Shown: positions 17,601-30,539, numbered from the stretch's first letter. The stretch is 64,000 nt of DNA from Candidatus Nanoarchaeia archaeon (GCA_035288985.1 DATDYP010000015.1:27119-91118); one strand, 5' to 3'. Made by a program: numbers and translations. The notes: generated by a model not told the origin, from the sequence alone.

Positions 17601-18482
17601 ATGGTCTTTGTCTTCTTCATCTTGCCGAGAAGCGTACAGGTTCTTATCGTTCTTGCACTTATTGTCTTCTTTGCTGGTATTCGGGTAGTCAGACCGACAC
17701 AACGAGGGATAAAGGAACGTTTAGGGAAATACGCAAAATTCTGCCAGCCTGGATTTCATTGGATTATTCCCCTTATCGATAAGATGTATAAAGTAAACGT
17801 TACTGAGCAGATGGTAGATGCGGAACCGCAGGAAATTATAACTAATGATAATCTTAATGCCCGAGTAGATGCCCAGGTTTATTTCCGGGTCAAGCCTGAC
17901 GAGGCCAGTGTGAAAGCATCCCAGTATGATGTTAATGAGTATCAGAGCCAGATCGTCAGCCTGGCCAGGACGACATTGCGTAACATTATCGGTACTCTGA
18001 CACTGAAATCAGCCAACAGCGAGCGGGACAAGATTAACGGTGAGCTGATGAAGACGCTTAAGAAGGAAACGCATAACTGGGGCATTGAAGTAGTACGAAC
18101 GGAATTGAAAGAAATCGATCCCCCTAAGGACGTCCAGGAGACCATGAATAAAGTAGTCAAGGCCGAGAATGAAAAAATTGCCGCCAAAGATTATGCTACT
18201 GCGAAAGAAACGGAAGCAGACGGCGTCCGGAGAGCTAGAATCAAGGAAGCTGAAGGAACGCGGCAGGCGCGCATCCTCGAAGCGGAAGGGGACGCACAGG
18301 CAATAAAATTAGTCAATGAAGCGGCGGACAAATACTTCAAAGGCAATGCTCAATTATTAAAACAGCTTGAGACAGTGGAGAAATCACTACGGCATAATGC
18401 TAAGGTAGTTATCCCCTCTGGTGCTGAGCTGGTCAATGTCATCGGAGAACTGGCCGGGGTTGTGCCGATAAAGAAGAAGTAG
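17601..18482 (+). CDS. SPFH/band-7 (stomatin/prohibitin-like) membrane protein
   Basis: N-terminal TM followed by RVVRPTQRGIKERLGKY...GFHWIIPLIDKMYKVNVTEQ..., then a C-terminal A/E-rich coiled coil. Confidence 0.85.
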   Translation: MVFVFFILPRSVQVLIVLALIVFFAGIRVVRPTQRGIKERLGKYAKFCQPGFHWIIPLIDKMYKVNVTEQMVDAEPQEIITNDNLNARVDAQVYFRVKPDEASVKASQYDVNEYQSQIVSLARTTLRNIIGTLTLKSANSERDKINGELMKTLKKETHNWGIEVVRTELKEIDPPKDVQETMNKVVKAENEKIAAKDYATAKETEADGVRRARIKEAEGTRQARILEAEGDAQAIKLVNEAADKYFKGNAQLLKQLETVEKSLRHNAKVVIPSGAELVNVIGELAGVVPIKKK

Positions 18483-18547
18483 ATGAGTTTTGATGTATAT
18501 GCATTTAGGCGTTCTGACGACTGAAAAGTAAAGTGAGGAAAAGGCAA

Positions 18548-18844
18548 TTACATCAATAATCTGATGATAGCAATCAAAGCAATAATAGCCCAAATGATAT
18601 TAAGAACGCCAGGTTGGTATGCTTTCTTTTTGAATGAGATATATACTATCCCAAGTGCGCCTGTGCCATTTAATATCTGATACAAAAATGTTGAAGGCAA
18701 AAGCATGTCAAAGCTTACAAGAGCATAAGCAAGTGTGATTGCACAGGCTCCATACCAACCGATTGATTCATCTATTATTTTTCGCTTCATAATATATTGC
18801 CTTAGAGGTTGAAGTTTATAAAAACTCTTTTCCTCCGACTTCAT
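18548..18844 (-). CDS. Small 3-TM membrane protein
   Basis: 98 aa with three hydrophobic helices (WYGACAITLAYALVSF, FLYQILNGTGALGIVYISF, LNIIWAIIALIAIIRLL). Confidence 0.5.
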   Translation of the reverse strand: MKSEEKSFYKLQPLRQYIMKRKIIDESIGWYGACAITLAYALVSFDMLLPSTFLYQILNGTGALGIVYISFKKKAYQPGVLNIIWAIIALIAIIRLLM

Positions 18845-18878
18845 AACAAGTAATTAACAATCTCACTAAGAGACAATA

Positions 18879-19340
18879 TCAACAAGGCTGTATATTCTCT
18901 GCCACCAAGGCCTGCTCAGCGCATACTGCTTCTTCGTCATAAAGAAGTATTTTAGGTGAGATCTTGACCTGCCGTATCTGCCCTGAAACGGAACTGTCAT
19001 AGCTGACGTGCCCTAGATAGACTCCGGCTTTGGTTATCCTGGCATCATTTGCTTCAAAGGTTTCCGCTTTTTGTGCGCCGATGATGTTGATGACCAAGCC
19101 TTCCACATTGGTGTTGATGCCGTTTTCAACTGTGAAAGAGAGGTCTTTCTTTGCTTCGTCATAACAGACCTGCTCCTCGCCGCCGATGACGGAAAATTGC
19201 AGCTCAATGTTAACAGGGCATTCTGCTTCTGATTCTACTTCTGCTCGTCCTAAATTCATCACCACTACTCCTACTGCCACTGCAAAGGAGACCAGAAGAA
19301 GCGTGGTCATCAATGGCGTGATGGCTTTTTTATTCAACAT
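18879..19340 (-). CDS. Archaeal type IV pilin-like protein (class III signal peptide)
   Basis: N-terminus MLNKKAITPLMTTLLLVSFAVAVGVVV matches the archaeal pilin/archaellin N-terminal pattern (K-x-A-[IV]-[ST]-P-[VL]-[IM]...hydrophobic). Confidence 0.6.
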   Translation of the reverse strand: MLNKKAITPLMTTLLLVSFAVAVGVVVMNLGRAEVESEAECPVNIELQFSVIGGEEQVCYDEAKKDLSFTVENGINTNVEGLVINIIGAQKAETFEANDARITKAGVYLGHVSYDSSVSGQIRQVKISPKILLYDEEAVCAEQALVAENIQPC

Positions 19341-19341
19341 C

Positions 19342-19779
19342 TTATCGTTTCCAGTGCGTTTTTTCTTTGTGAAGGATCTCGGTAACTCTATGTAGTGGTA
19401 TAAAAACTTCTTTTCCTTTATCTAAAAATACTAAAAATTCTTTTTCAATGCGTTTCAGTTTGCCTGCATGCAGGAGGAGCTCTTTATCTTTCACATGATC
19501 TTTATATTTGAAATGGAACTCATGTTTTTGTGGATGGCGATGTACTTTTTTTGCTTCAGATTTAACTGGTTTTTCTATTTCCCAGAGAGGATTAGCATCC
19601 TTGAAAATAACTCCTGATAATCCTAACATTGTAATCCCTAAGACTAAACTCAGCCAGGGATTGGAGATGATAGGATGGATGTATCCTAGTCCGTCCCATA
19701 CTCCAGCCCAGAAAAACACTACTCCTATCGTTCCAAAGATATACCAAAAATATTTTTTAATGTCTTCGCCAGCAACCAT
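19342..19779 (-). CDS. Two-TM membrane protein with a C-terminal MJ1316/DUF504-like domain (paralog 2)
   Basis: Two TM helices, then FHFKYKDHVKDKE...FIPLHRVTEILHKEKTHWKR (an IPxHRI...W.R-type ending). Start moved to ATG 19779 (MVAGED), 1 nt after the upstream paralog's stop. Confidence 0.55.
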   Translation of the reverse strand: MVAGEDIKKYFWYIFGTIGVVFFWAGVWDGLGYIHPIISNPWLSLVLGITMLGLSGVIFKDANPLWEIEKPVKSEAKKVHRHPQKHEFHFKYKDHVKDKELLLHAGKLKRIEKEFLVFLDKGKEVFIPLHRVTEILHKEKTHWKR

Positions 19780-19780
19780 G

Positions 19781-20260
19781 TTATAATCTCCAATAGCGTT
19801 TTCCTTTATAGAGCACTTCACTAACTCTGTGCACAGGAATAAATAATTCTTGTTTTTGTTTTGGCGGCACTACTACCAAGGCGCCTTTTTCTATCTTTTT
19901 TACCCAAGCAGCAGGGATAGTAACATACTTTTTTTGTGCCTTGTCATAATACTTGAATTCAAAATTTTTCTTATCCTGATGCGCCTGTATGGAATGCAAG
20001 GTTTTGTCGACTGCCTTTTGGATCCCTCCTAAAGGGTCAAATTCTTTAAAGATAGCTCCGGAAATGGTGAGCATAGCAAAGCCCAAAAAGAGGAACACTA
20101 AAGGAGTACAAGTTTCAAGTTGAATAGAAGCCGGGCAGCTCAAGTCTCCTAGGAAAGGCACTTCATAAAGCCCGTCCCAAATTCCTTTCCAAGTGAAGAT
20201 AATGGCAATAGCTATGTATAAGGATGATAAGAAATGTTTATCCTGCTCACGTAATACCAC
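19781..20260 (-). CDS. Two-TM membrane protein with a C-terminal MJ1316/DUF504-like domain (paralog 1)
   Basis: Same architecture as the neighbour: FEFKYYDKAQKKY...FIPVHRVSEVLYKGKRYWRL. Confidence 0.55.
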   Translation of the reverse strand: MVLREQDKHFLSSLYIAIAIIFTWKGIWDGLYEVPFLGDLSCPASIQLETCTPLVFLFLGFAMLTISGAIFKEFDPLGGIQKAVDKTLHSIQAHQDKKNFEFKYYDKAQKKYVTIPAAWVKKIEKGALVVVPPKQKQELFIPVHRVSEVLYKGKRYWRL

Positions 20261-20433
20261 ATCAACACCTGTTGTTAAGAAGAAGGAATGTTATAAATAA
20301 CTTTCTCTTTACCGGGCTTTTGAGTTTTAGGGCCTTTAAGGTTTTATTCCCTACTAATTAGTGATTAATAACCAAAAAGTTTATAAAGATAAGGTAGGCC
20401 TATGCACCTAACAAATTAAACGAGGTATCACTA

Positions 20434-20688
20434 ATGCCATACAAAACAGCACAAGAAATGATTGATCCCCAAAGCGTTGACTCGGTGCGGGGAATGAGGA
20501 TTCGAAACAGACCAGATACAGATCCAGTAGCTCATTGGCCAGGTCATGTGAATTCGACTATTAGCGATCTTGAACGAGATCTTTTTGATTCCTTTGGAGA
20601 ACACCTGAAAGTAGCAGGGAACCAAGAGCAAGATGCAAAAGTTGCAGGAAAGGATGAAGAAAGGGAATCCTCCTATTTTAATTTTTAA
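20434..20688 (+). CDS. Small acidic hypothetical protein (84 aa)
   Basis: ORF preceded by AAGTTTATAAAGAT (about 20378). No motif recognised. Confidence 0.35.
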   Translation: MPYKTAQEMIDPQSVDSVRGMRIRNRPDTDPVAHWPGHVNSTISDLERDLFDSFGEHLKVAGNQEQDAKVAGKDEERESSYFNF

Positions 20689-20735
20689 TAGTTAATTCCT
20701 AAATCTGGTGATAGATGGTCTAAAAGAGACCTACA

Positions 20736-21374
20736 ATGGACTTGTTGGAATTAAAACGGGAACAACTAAAATTATCCTCTAAAATCGTGCTTCAGGACAG
20801 CTTCAGCGACATCCGCACTATTGGCGGCGCAACTTGCTTGCAAATGGGCGAGAAGCTGGTTGCCAGTGTCGTGGTGTGTGAATTTCCTTCTCTCAAAATG
20901 AAAGAACACAAGACAGCAGTCCTGACTAATCCCCTTCCTTATAAGACTGGCTATCTTGCGTATAGGGAAATGCCGGCGCTCATCGATGCGTATAACCTGC
21001 TTGATGAAGAGCCTGATGTACTTTTGGTTAAAGGTCCAGGTGTTCTTCATCAGCGAAGAATAGGTCTGGCTTCCCATCTAGGCTTAGCCTTGAATATTCC
21101 AACTATTGGAGTTCAGGATGCCCTGACCTTTGGCATCCTTGAAGAAGGAAAAGTCTTGGTCGATGGAGAGGTTCTTGGATCTGAAATTCGTACTAGGGAA
21201 CATTCTAATCCTCTGTATGTTTCTCCTGGACATAATGTTTCGGTAAAAACTGCGCTGGAGATCGTTGCAAAAACAAACGTCTATCCGCATAAGCTGCCTG
21301 AACCGCTGCATCTGGCGCACAAGTTGGGACGGAAAATAACCCGAAAAACAGTAGAGAGTGGGGGTCAAGAGTGA
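20736..21374 (+). CDS. nfi: Endonuclease V
   Basis: IGGATC...VASVVV, YKTGYLAYREMPALIDAY, DVLLVKGPGVLHQRRIGLASHLGLALNIPTIGV, YVSPGH. Confidence 0.85.
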   Translation: MDLLELKREQLKLSSKIVLQDSFSDIRTIGGATCLQMGEKLVASVVVCEFPSLKMKEHKTAVLTNPLPYKTGYLAYREMPALIDAYNLLDEEPDVLLVKGPGVLHQRRIGLASHLGLALNIPTIGVQDALTFGILEEGKVLVDGEVLGSEIRTREHSNPLYVSPGHNVSVKTALEIVAKTNVYPHKLPEPLHLAHKLGRKITRKTVESGGQE

Positions 21375-22042
21375 ACCGCTTTGTTACCTTACCAGCGCTG
21401 CTCTGCGGGCTTCTCAGCTCCTGTGCTCCAAGGCATCTACAGTCTGAAACTCTCCTGCCTGAAACACCTCTGCCTGCTGTTGAACAGGATCTTCTTCAGC
21501 AATACCAGAATGGAAGATATGGCTGGCTGCTCTACTTAAGAGCATTCTCCGCACTAGGCACAGATCTTGGCACGGTCTATATTTATAAGAATAACCTGGA
21601 GGTCGACAGTCCAGCTACCTATTCCCTGGCTGCTGAATCAGAAGTTAGTCCATCCAGGACACTTTCCTTTGCAGAAGATTATCTCGATGATCTTGTTGAG
21701 AAGTACCATGTCACTGCAGAGGAAGCGGAAGTTGTGGCCGATTACCTTGAAAACAGAACGGAAGCCGCTGATCCAGAACGTCTGCGGATTGAGGTCCGCT
21801 ATGCTGCTGGCAAACCAAAAGGGGTTATCTTATTATATGCTCGTGCTCTTTCCAAACCAGGTCCTGAAGGAGATGTTCAGAATACTCTTCTGGCCAGGAA
21901 ACTGATCTCTCCTTCATTGGCTTTGTCGATCATGCATTTTTGTTCTGTAGAGCTGATAGGCTATGATAGCTATAACACCTTCCTTAAATCTGATTATGAC
22001 ATCGCTACAGTTGACGGCAGGATCAAGTTTGTGGACAAATAG
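21371..22042 (+). CDS. Putative lipoprotein, hypothetical
   Basis: GTG start overlapping the nfi stop. N-terminus MNRFVTLPALLCGLLSSCAPR (lipobox-like LSSC). Confidence 0.5.
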   Translation: MNRFVTLPALLCGLLSSCAPRHLQSETLLPETPLPAVEQDLLQQYQNGRYGWLLYLRAFSALGTDLGTVYIYKNNLEVDSPATYSLAAESEVSPSRTLSFAEDYLDDLVEKYHVTAEEAEVVADYLENRTEAADPERLRIEVRYAAGKPKGVILLYARALSKPGPEGDVQNTLLARKLISPSLALSIMHFCSVELIGYDSYNTFLKSDYDIATVDGRIKFVDK

Positions 22043-22083
22043 TGCTATCGGTGTGCGAAGCTTATCTGTTCTAGCCCTTCCTC

Positions 22084-22439
22084 TTCAGTGAGGAATATAC
22101 AATTGTAGTATCCGGATATTTTTTCGTTTTTTCGCTGAGAAAACTCACCTTCGTTCGGGGTCACCGCCAACTCACTTTCCGCTACAACCTCCCTATTGCG
22201 GCTCCTATCAAAAACGTGAAACGTTTTTGGGAGGTTCCAGAAATCACTATTTCTGATACCTTCCCGTAAGGAGCAACCCCTAACGAAAATCGGAGATTTT
22301 CGGGAGGTTCCGGAAAATCGTTGTTTTCCGTTACCTTCCGCAATCAAGGATTATGCGGATTCTACCGTTCGTATTAAGGCGGTGACCCTTATTTTCTCAG
22401 CGAAATAATTTCGGGATACTTCAGTAAGGAATATACAAT
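22084..22439. repeat. Structured repeat element (about 312-bp core) flanked by 20-bp direct repeats; member of the intergenic repeat family
   Basis: Direct repeats TTCAGTGAGGAATATACAAT (22084-22103) and TTCAGTAAGGAATATACAAT (22420-22439) match 19/20. Terminal inverted repeats are GTATCCGGATA... (22108) and ...CGGGATAC (22419), followed by CGCTGAGAAAA / TTTTCTCAGCG and GGGTCACCGCC (22158) / GGCGGTGACCC (22378). The internal word CTCACCTTCGTTCGG matches CTCACTTCGTTCG of the element at 46846-47010. Confidence 0.65.
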
Positions 22440-22445
22440 AGCAAT

Positions 22446-22455
22446 CTTTATAAAG
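22446..22455 (+). promoter_or_regulatory. TATA-box-like element (CTTTATAAAG) upstream of smc
   Basis: Lies 38 nt upstream of the ATG at 22494. An AGGAAAGG purine tract precedes the start. Confidence 0.45.
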
Positions 22456-22493
22456 CAAAAACGAAACATTTCTAAGAAGGAAAGGGCCTTAAA

Positions 22494-25400
22494 ATGACCA
22501 TCATCAACAGGATCACTATACATGGATTCAAGAGCTTCGCCCACAAGACAGACGTCCCGTTTGATGGCAAATACAACTGTATTCTAGGCCCTAATGGTTC
22601 AGGGAAAAGTAATGTAGGAGATGCCCTTTGTTTTGTCCTGGGGAGAATCTCTGCCAAATCGATGCGCGCAGAGAAAGCTGCCAATCTTATCTTTAATGGC
22701 GGCAAGAATAAGAAACCAGCGTCAGCAGGATCGGTGGAGATAGCTTTCAGCAATAAAAACAAGATCTTCCCCCTTGATGCGGAAGAAGTAGTCATCAGCA
22801 GAACCATCACCAAAACAGGGAACAGCATTTACAAGATCAACAACAAAAAGAAAACCCGTTCTGAGGTGGTAGACCTTTTAGGACTAGCGAAAATCAACCC
22901 TAACGGCTACAATATCATCCTCCAAGGTGACATCACCCGGTTTGTAGATATGCCTCCGTTAGAACGGCGGAAGGTCATTGAAGAAATAAGCGACGTGTCG
23001 GTATATGAAGAGAAAAAGCATAAAGCTCTGCTGGAGCTGAATAAAGTAGAGGAGAAACTCAACAATGCCGGGATCATCCTTAAAGAACGCGGCACCTACA
23101 TGAAGGAGCTGAAGAAGGATCGGGATCAGGCCCTGAAATTCAAAGGGCTTAAAGATAAAATCGATTCCAATAAGGCGACTTATCTTCATCTTCATATACA
23201 GGAAAAAGAGGAGATTAAAGGAAAATATGATACAGAAATAGCTGCTCATCAGGAAAAAATTTCTTCATTTGAGGAGAAGATCGGAAAACTGAAAGAAGAG
23301 GTGCAGGCGCAGAAAGATACTATAAAAGATATCAACCAGCAGATCGAGCAAAAAGGGGAGAAGGAACAGCTCAAGGTGCATACTCATATTGAGAACTTGA
23401 AAGTGACCTTGGCAGAAGACAGGACCAGGGTTTCTACTTTAAAAGATGAGATTAACAAGATCAGGCAGCGAAAAGACCAGTTTACCTTAGAGCTGGAAGA
23501 GCTCGGAGAAAAAACTTCTTCTAACAGGAAGCAGCTCAAAGACAATGAGTTGAATCTACAGCGGAAGAGAAAAGAGCTGCAGGACTTGGAAAACAGCATC
23601 GGGCAGTTCAAGAAAAAAAATAAGATTGAAACATCCCAGGAGCTGGAGACGGAAATAGAAAGTAAAGACAAGCTGATTGAAGAAAAGCAGGAAGAAGTGC
23701 AGAAAGTACGCCAGCAGCAGCAGGAGCTGCTAAGGGAAAAAGACCGGGTTGACTACCAGCTCCAGACTATCGACGAGCGGATACAGAAAGTCAAGGAAGT
23801 GGAGAAGCAGAATCAGGACCAGATCAAAGAGCTTCAGCGTTATAAGTCCCAGTTTAAAGAGTCCACTATACGCCTGAATAAATGTCTGGAATCGGACAGC
23901 GGTTTTGCTTCACAGCTTGGCAATGCCAGGCGGAAATTGCAGGAACTGCAGGAAAAACATGCTCATCTTAATGCTAAAACCTTGTCGATCCAGGCCGGAT
24001 TGGCCAGCAACAAGGCAGTCCAAGCTATTCTCGACAATCGGCGGAAATTTGACGGTGTCCATGGCACAATTGCTGAACTGGGCCAGGTCAATGCTAGATT
24101 TGCGCCAGCCCTGGAAGCTGCAGCAGGAGGAAAGATGCACCATGTTGTTGTGGACTCTGACAAAACTGCTGCTGACTGCATCAAATATCTGAAAAATAAC
24201 AAACTTGGATCAGCATCTTTTATTCCTCTCAATAAGATAAAGTACGGCGAGATCTCCAAGGAGGATGAGAAGCTGCGCAAAGAAGCCGGTGTGCATGATT
24301 TTGCGCTCAATCTGATCTCATTCAAGCCGAAATATGAAAAAGCATTTGCCTATGTGTTCAGCAAAACTCTGGTTGTTGAAAATATTGACATTGCACGGAA
24401 AGTTGGGATCGGAAAAATAAAGATGGCCACGGTTGACGGCAGCATCGCTGAAGGCAGCGGCGTGATGCGTGGCGGCTTTCTTGCTAAAAGCTCTGCAGGA
24501 TTTAAGGAGAAGGATTCCCTTGACGATCTTCAGCGTCTGGAGAACGAGATCTCGGAAGTGGAAGGAGTTCTTGCCAATATCGAGCTGAAACGCGAACAGA
24601 ACATGCAGGAGATTTCTTCTCTTCGCAATCACAAAGCTGAGTTGGAAGCAGAGGTAATTAAACTGGAAAAAACCCTTCACCTTGACACTCAGGATCTGGA
24701 TGCTTCTGTTGAGGTAAAGAAAGAGCTGCAGCAAAAATTGAAGGACGTCGAGGCCGGGCTGTCAGCCGTTCAAAAGGATGTCGGCACTATTAACAAAGAT
24801 CTTGCCATGCTCAAGTCGCGGAAAAATACCTTGCGTTCTGAGATCAGCCAGCTGCGCGATCCACGTCTTCTGGCTCAGCTGCAGGCTTTTGAGGAGTCGC
24901 GGCAGAAATGCCGGGAAGATATCTTACGCTTGGAGAATGACCTCAAAAACGCGTCTTCACAGATGGACCAGCTTCTGGCTCCCGAGAAAGAGAAAATTGC
25001 CGAAATCCTGAAGCAGCATCAGAAAGAGGAGGGAACATTTTCAGCTGAGATACAGGCGCTCAGCGCCAGAATAGGCGGGAAAGAAAAAGAGCTGGCAGTC
25101 AAGGAAAAAGAGAGTAAAGAATTCTATTCCAAATACAAGGAGCTTTTTAATAAGCGGGAAGCTGTAAGCTCTGAGATTATGAAGTCAGAGAATGAAATCG
25201 AAGCCCTTCGGGAGAAAGCGCGGAATTCTGAGCGGGAAATTAATTTGGTTTCGCTCAAAAATGCTGAAGTGAAAGCCAGGCTGGCCGGACTGGAGGAAGA
25301 GTTTGCCAAATATAAAGGTGTAGAAGTTTTCAAAAACAAAAGCGTGCAAGAGTTACAGCAGGAGATCAACAAGTTTGAAGTGATGCTGGCGCAAATGTCT

Positions 25401-25982
25401 GCCGTCAACATGAAAGCCCTGGAAGTGTATGAGCAAGTTGAAACTGAGTTCAACAGGCTGATTGAGAAAAAGGAAGGTCTTGAAAAAGAGAAAACTGACG
25501 TTCTTACTCTCATGAACGAGATTGAGTCTAAGAAAAAAGATCACTTCATGAGAACCTTCGATAAAGCTAATGAGAATTTCCAGGCAATTTTCAGCAACCT
25601 CTTTACCAAAGGAAAAGCCTTCTTGCATCTGGAAAACAAGGATAACCCTTTTGAGGACGGCTTGTCCATTAAGGTAAAACTTATCGGAAACAGGTTTATG
25701 GACATCAAATCCCTGTCTGGCGGGGAGAAAACCCTCACTGCGCTATCCTTCATTTTTGCTATCCAGGAGTACCAGCCGGCATCATTTTATATCCTGGACG
25801 AGATTGATGCCGCTCTTGACAAACATAATTCAGAAATATTGGCTAAACTGATCCGCAAGTATGCTGACAATGCACAATATATTGTCATCTCACATAATGA
25901 TTCTATCATCTCTGAAGCCGACACTTTGTTTGGCGTGAGCATGAATGACGGTGTTAGTAAGATTACAAGTTTGAAGATCTAA
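22494..25982 (+). CDS. smc: SMC chromosome segregation ATPase
   Basis: Walker A GPNGSGKSN, long coiled coils, hinge (FDGVHGTIAELG...AAGGKMHHVVVD), signature LSGGEKTLTALSFIFAIQ, Walker B FYILDEIDAALD. Confidence 0.9.
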   Translation: MTIINRITIHGFKSFAHKTDVPFDGKYNCILGPNGSGKSNVGDALCFVLGRISAKSMRAEKAANLIFNGGKNKKPASAGSVEIAFSNKNKIFPLDAEEVVISRTITKTGNSIYKINNKKKTRSEVVDLLGLAKINPNGYNIILQGDITRFVDMPPLERRKVIEEISDVSVYEEKKHKALLELNKVEEKLNNAGIILKERGTYMKELKKDRDQALKFKGLKDKIDSNKATYLHLHIQEKEEIKGKYDTEIAAHQEKISSFEEKIGKLKEEVQAQKDTIKDINQQIEQKGEKEQLKVHTHIENLKVTLAEDRTRVSTLKDEINKIRQRKDQFTLELEELGEKTSSNRKQLKDNELNLQRKRKELQDLENSIGQFKKKNKIETSQELETEIESKDKLIEEKQEEVQKVRQQQQELLREKDRVDYQLQTIDERIQKVKEVEKQNQDQIKELQRYKSQFKESTIRLNKCLESDSGFASQLGNARRKLQELQEKHAHLNAKTLSIQAGLASNKAVQAILDNRRKFDGVHGTIAELGQVNARFAPALEAAAGGKMHHVVVDSDKTAADCIKYLKNNKLGSASFIPLNKIKYGEISKEDEKLRKEAGVHDFALNLISFKPKYEKAFAYVFSKTLVVENIDIARKVGIGKIKMATVDGSIAEGSGVMRGGFLAKSSAGFKEKDSLDDLQRLENEISEVEGVLANIELKREQNMQEISSLRNHKAELEAEVIKLEKTLHLDTQDLDASVEVKKELQQKLKDVEAGLSAVQKDVGTINKDLAMLKSRKNTLRSEISQLRDPRLLAQLQAFEESRQKCREDILRLENDLKNASSQMDQLLAPEKEKIAEILKQHQKEEGTFSAEIQALSARIGGKEKELAVKEKESKEFYSKYKELFNKREAVSSEIMKSENEIEALREKARNSEREINLVSLKNAEVKARLAGLEEEFAKYKGVEVFKNKSVQELQQEINKFEVMLAQMSAVNMKALEVYEQVETEFNRLIEKKEGLEKEKTDVLTLMNEIESKKKDHFMRTFDKANENFQAIFSNLFTKGKAFLHLENKDNPFEDGLSIKVKLIGNRFMDIKSLSGGEKTLTALSFIFAIQEYQPASFYILDEIDAALDKHNSEILAKLIRKYADNAQYIVISHNDSIISEADTLFGVSMNDGVSKITSLKI

Positions 25983-25993
25983 ATTAAAGATAC

Positions 25994-26446
25994 CTAGTTC
26001 TCATTACTTTTTGATATCTGAAATGCTTCCAAAGCAATGTGCTTAACATCCTTCGGCACTCTTTCCTGTTCTAAATCCTCTTGCGAGAACCATTCTGCAT
26101 TTCTCAATTCATTGTTTATTTTAAGGTCGTGCGGATTCTTTGCTTTGCAAAGGTAGAATAAGCAGTAATGATCATGGTCACCGACGGAATGAAGGTTAGT
26201 ATGAAACGGCAAGGCTAGATTCAGTTTTGCGTTTCCAACCAGAGGAACAGCAGATTTGCCGATGATCTCAACATCAAGATTAACCTCTTCCTTGATTTCT
26301 CTCCTCAAAGCCTGGTCGGGAGTTTCATTTTCATCGATGTGTCCACCGACCGGAAGCCAGAGGTTTAGCTTGTTGTGATGTATGAGGAGAACTTTATTGT
26401 TATGGATGATATAACCACCAACCGTTAAGTCGATTTTTCGTTGCAT
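25994..26446 (-). CDS. NUDIX hydrolase
   Basis: Nudix box GGHIDENETPDQALRREIKEEVNLDV (GX5EX7REUXEEXGU). Confidence 0.8.
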   Translation of the reverse strand: MQRKIDLTVGGYIIHNNKVLLIHHNKLNLWLPVGGHIDENETPDQALRREIKEEVNLDVEIIGKSAVPLVGNAKLNLALPFHTNLHSVGDHDHYCLFYLCKAKNPHDLKINNELRNAEWFSQEDLEQERVPKDVKHIALEAFQISKSNEN

Positions 26447-26497
26447 GCTTTGTCTGGATTGGCAAACTATTAAAATTTTCCGTTGCTGAAAAGGAAT

Positions 26498-26507
26498 CTT
26501 TATAAAA
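26498..26507 (+). promoter_or_regulatory. TATA-box-like element (CTTTATAAAA) upstream of ORF 26531
   Basis: Ends 23 nt before the ATG at 26531. Confidence 0.45.
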
Positions 26508-26530
26508 ATTCAACGCTATTCAGCTAAATC

Positions 26531-27181
26531 ATGAGTACGAAATGCTTAATCATTCTTGGCGGCGGCCTGCGTGGAAACCAACTTAATCAACATACTAAAT
26601 TGCGGTACGATAAGGGCCTTGCAATGGAGAAGAAATTTGATTATGTCATCTGCTCTTCTGGAGGGACATACCGGAAAGAGGGTTTGCAACGGAGAATATC
26701 AGAAGCTGAGGCAGGAAAGAGATACCTTGTTAAGAATGGTGTATCTCAGAGAAAAATACTTTTAGAGGATAGATCAAGAGACACATTCTCCAACGCTTAC
26801 TACTCCCGGAAAATCTTGGACAAATTAAAGATAACAGCTTTTACTGTTGTGACTTCCGAGTTTCACCTGAAGAAAGCAAAATTTCTGTTTCAAGTTGTTT
26901 TTCCTGCAGTTGAATACAGGGCAAAATTTATCAAAAGCAAAAATGGCATCATCAGCACAAGAGCTTTGAAAAACAGGAGGATTCATGAGCGATTAGTCCT
27001 CCAATTTTACAAGAAACATCTTTTTACAACATATGGCGTGAAAAAAGGAGATATGAACTCTATTGCGAATTTCCTGAAACGGCATAACTTGGCGACATCA
27101 GGAAGAATGGATCAGTACCAGAGAGAATTAACTGAGAAAATTAACAGGAGATTGGATAAAAAGGGGAAATTGTTGTATTAA
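26531..27181 (+). CDS. DUF218/YdcF-like (ElyC family) protein
   Basis: LIILGGGL...VICSSGGTYR...SEAEAGKRYLVKNGVSQRKILLEDRSRDTFSNA fits the YdcF/DUF218 pattern. Confidence 0.6.
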   Translation: MSTKCLIILGGGLRGNQLNQHTKLRYDKGLAMEKKFDYVICSSGGTYRKEGLQRRISEAEAGKRYLVKNGVSQRKILLEDRSRDTFSNAYYSRKILDKLKITAFTVVTSEFHLKKAKFLFQVVFPAVEYRAKFIKSKNGIISTRALKNRRIHERLVLQFYKKHLFTTYGVKKGDMNSIANFLKRHNLATSGRMDQYQRELTEKINRRLDKKGKLLY

Positions 27182-27218
27182 CTAAAATCCTATCAACTAA
27201 ATAATGCATAAGGTAAAA

Positions 27219-30494
<3,276 letters not shown>

Positions 30495-30539
30495 TTAATG
30501 GGGATTTTTTGGTTTATAAACCTATTGGTGATTTAGTAG

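Noticed and set aside
22045-22347. 100-aa minus-strand ORF
   Set aside because: It lies entirely within the inverted-repeat and hairpin-rich element at 22084-22439. It has no start context, and its reading frame is a by-product of the repeat structure.
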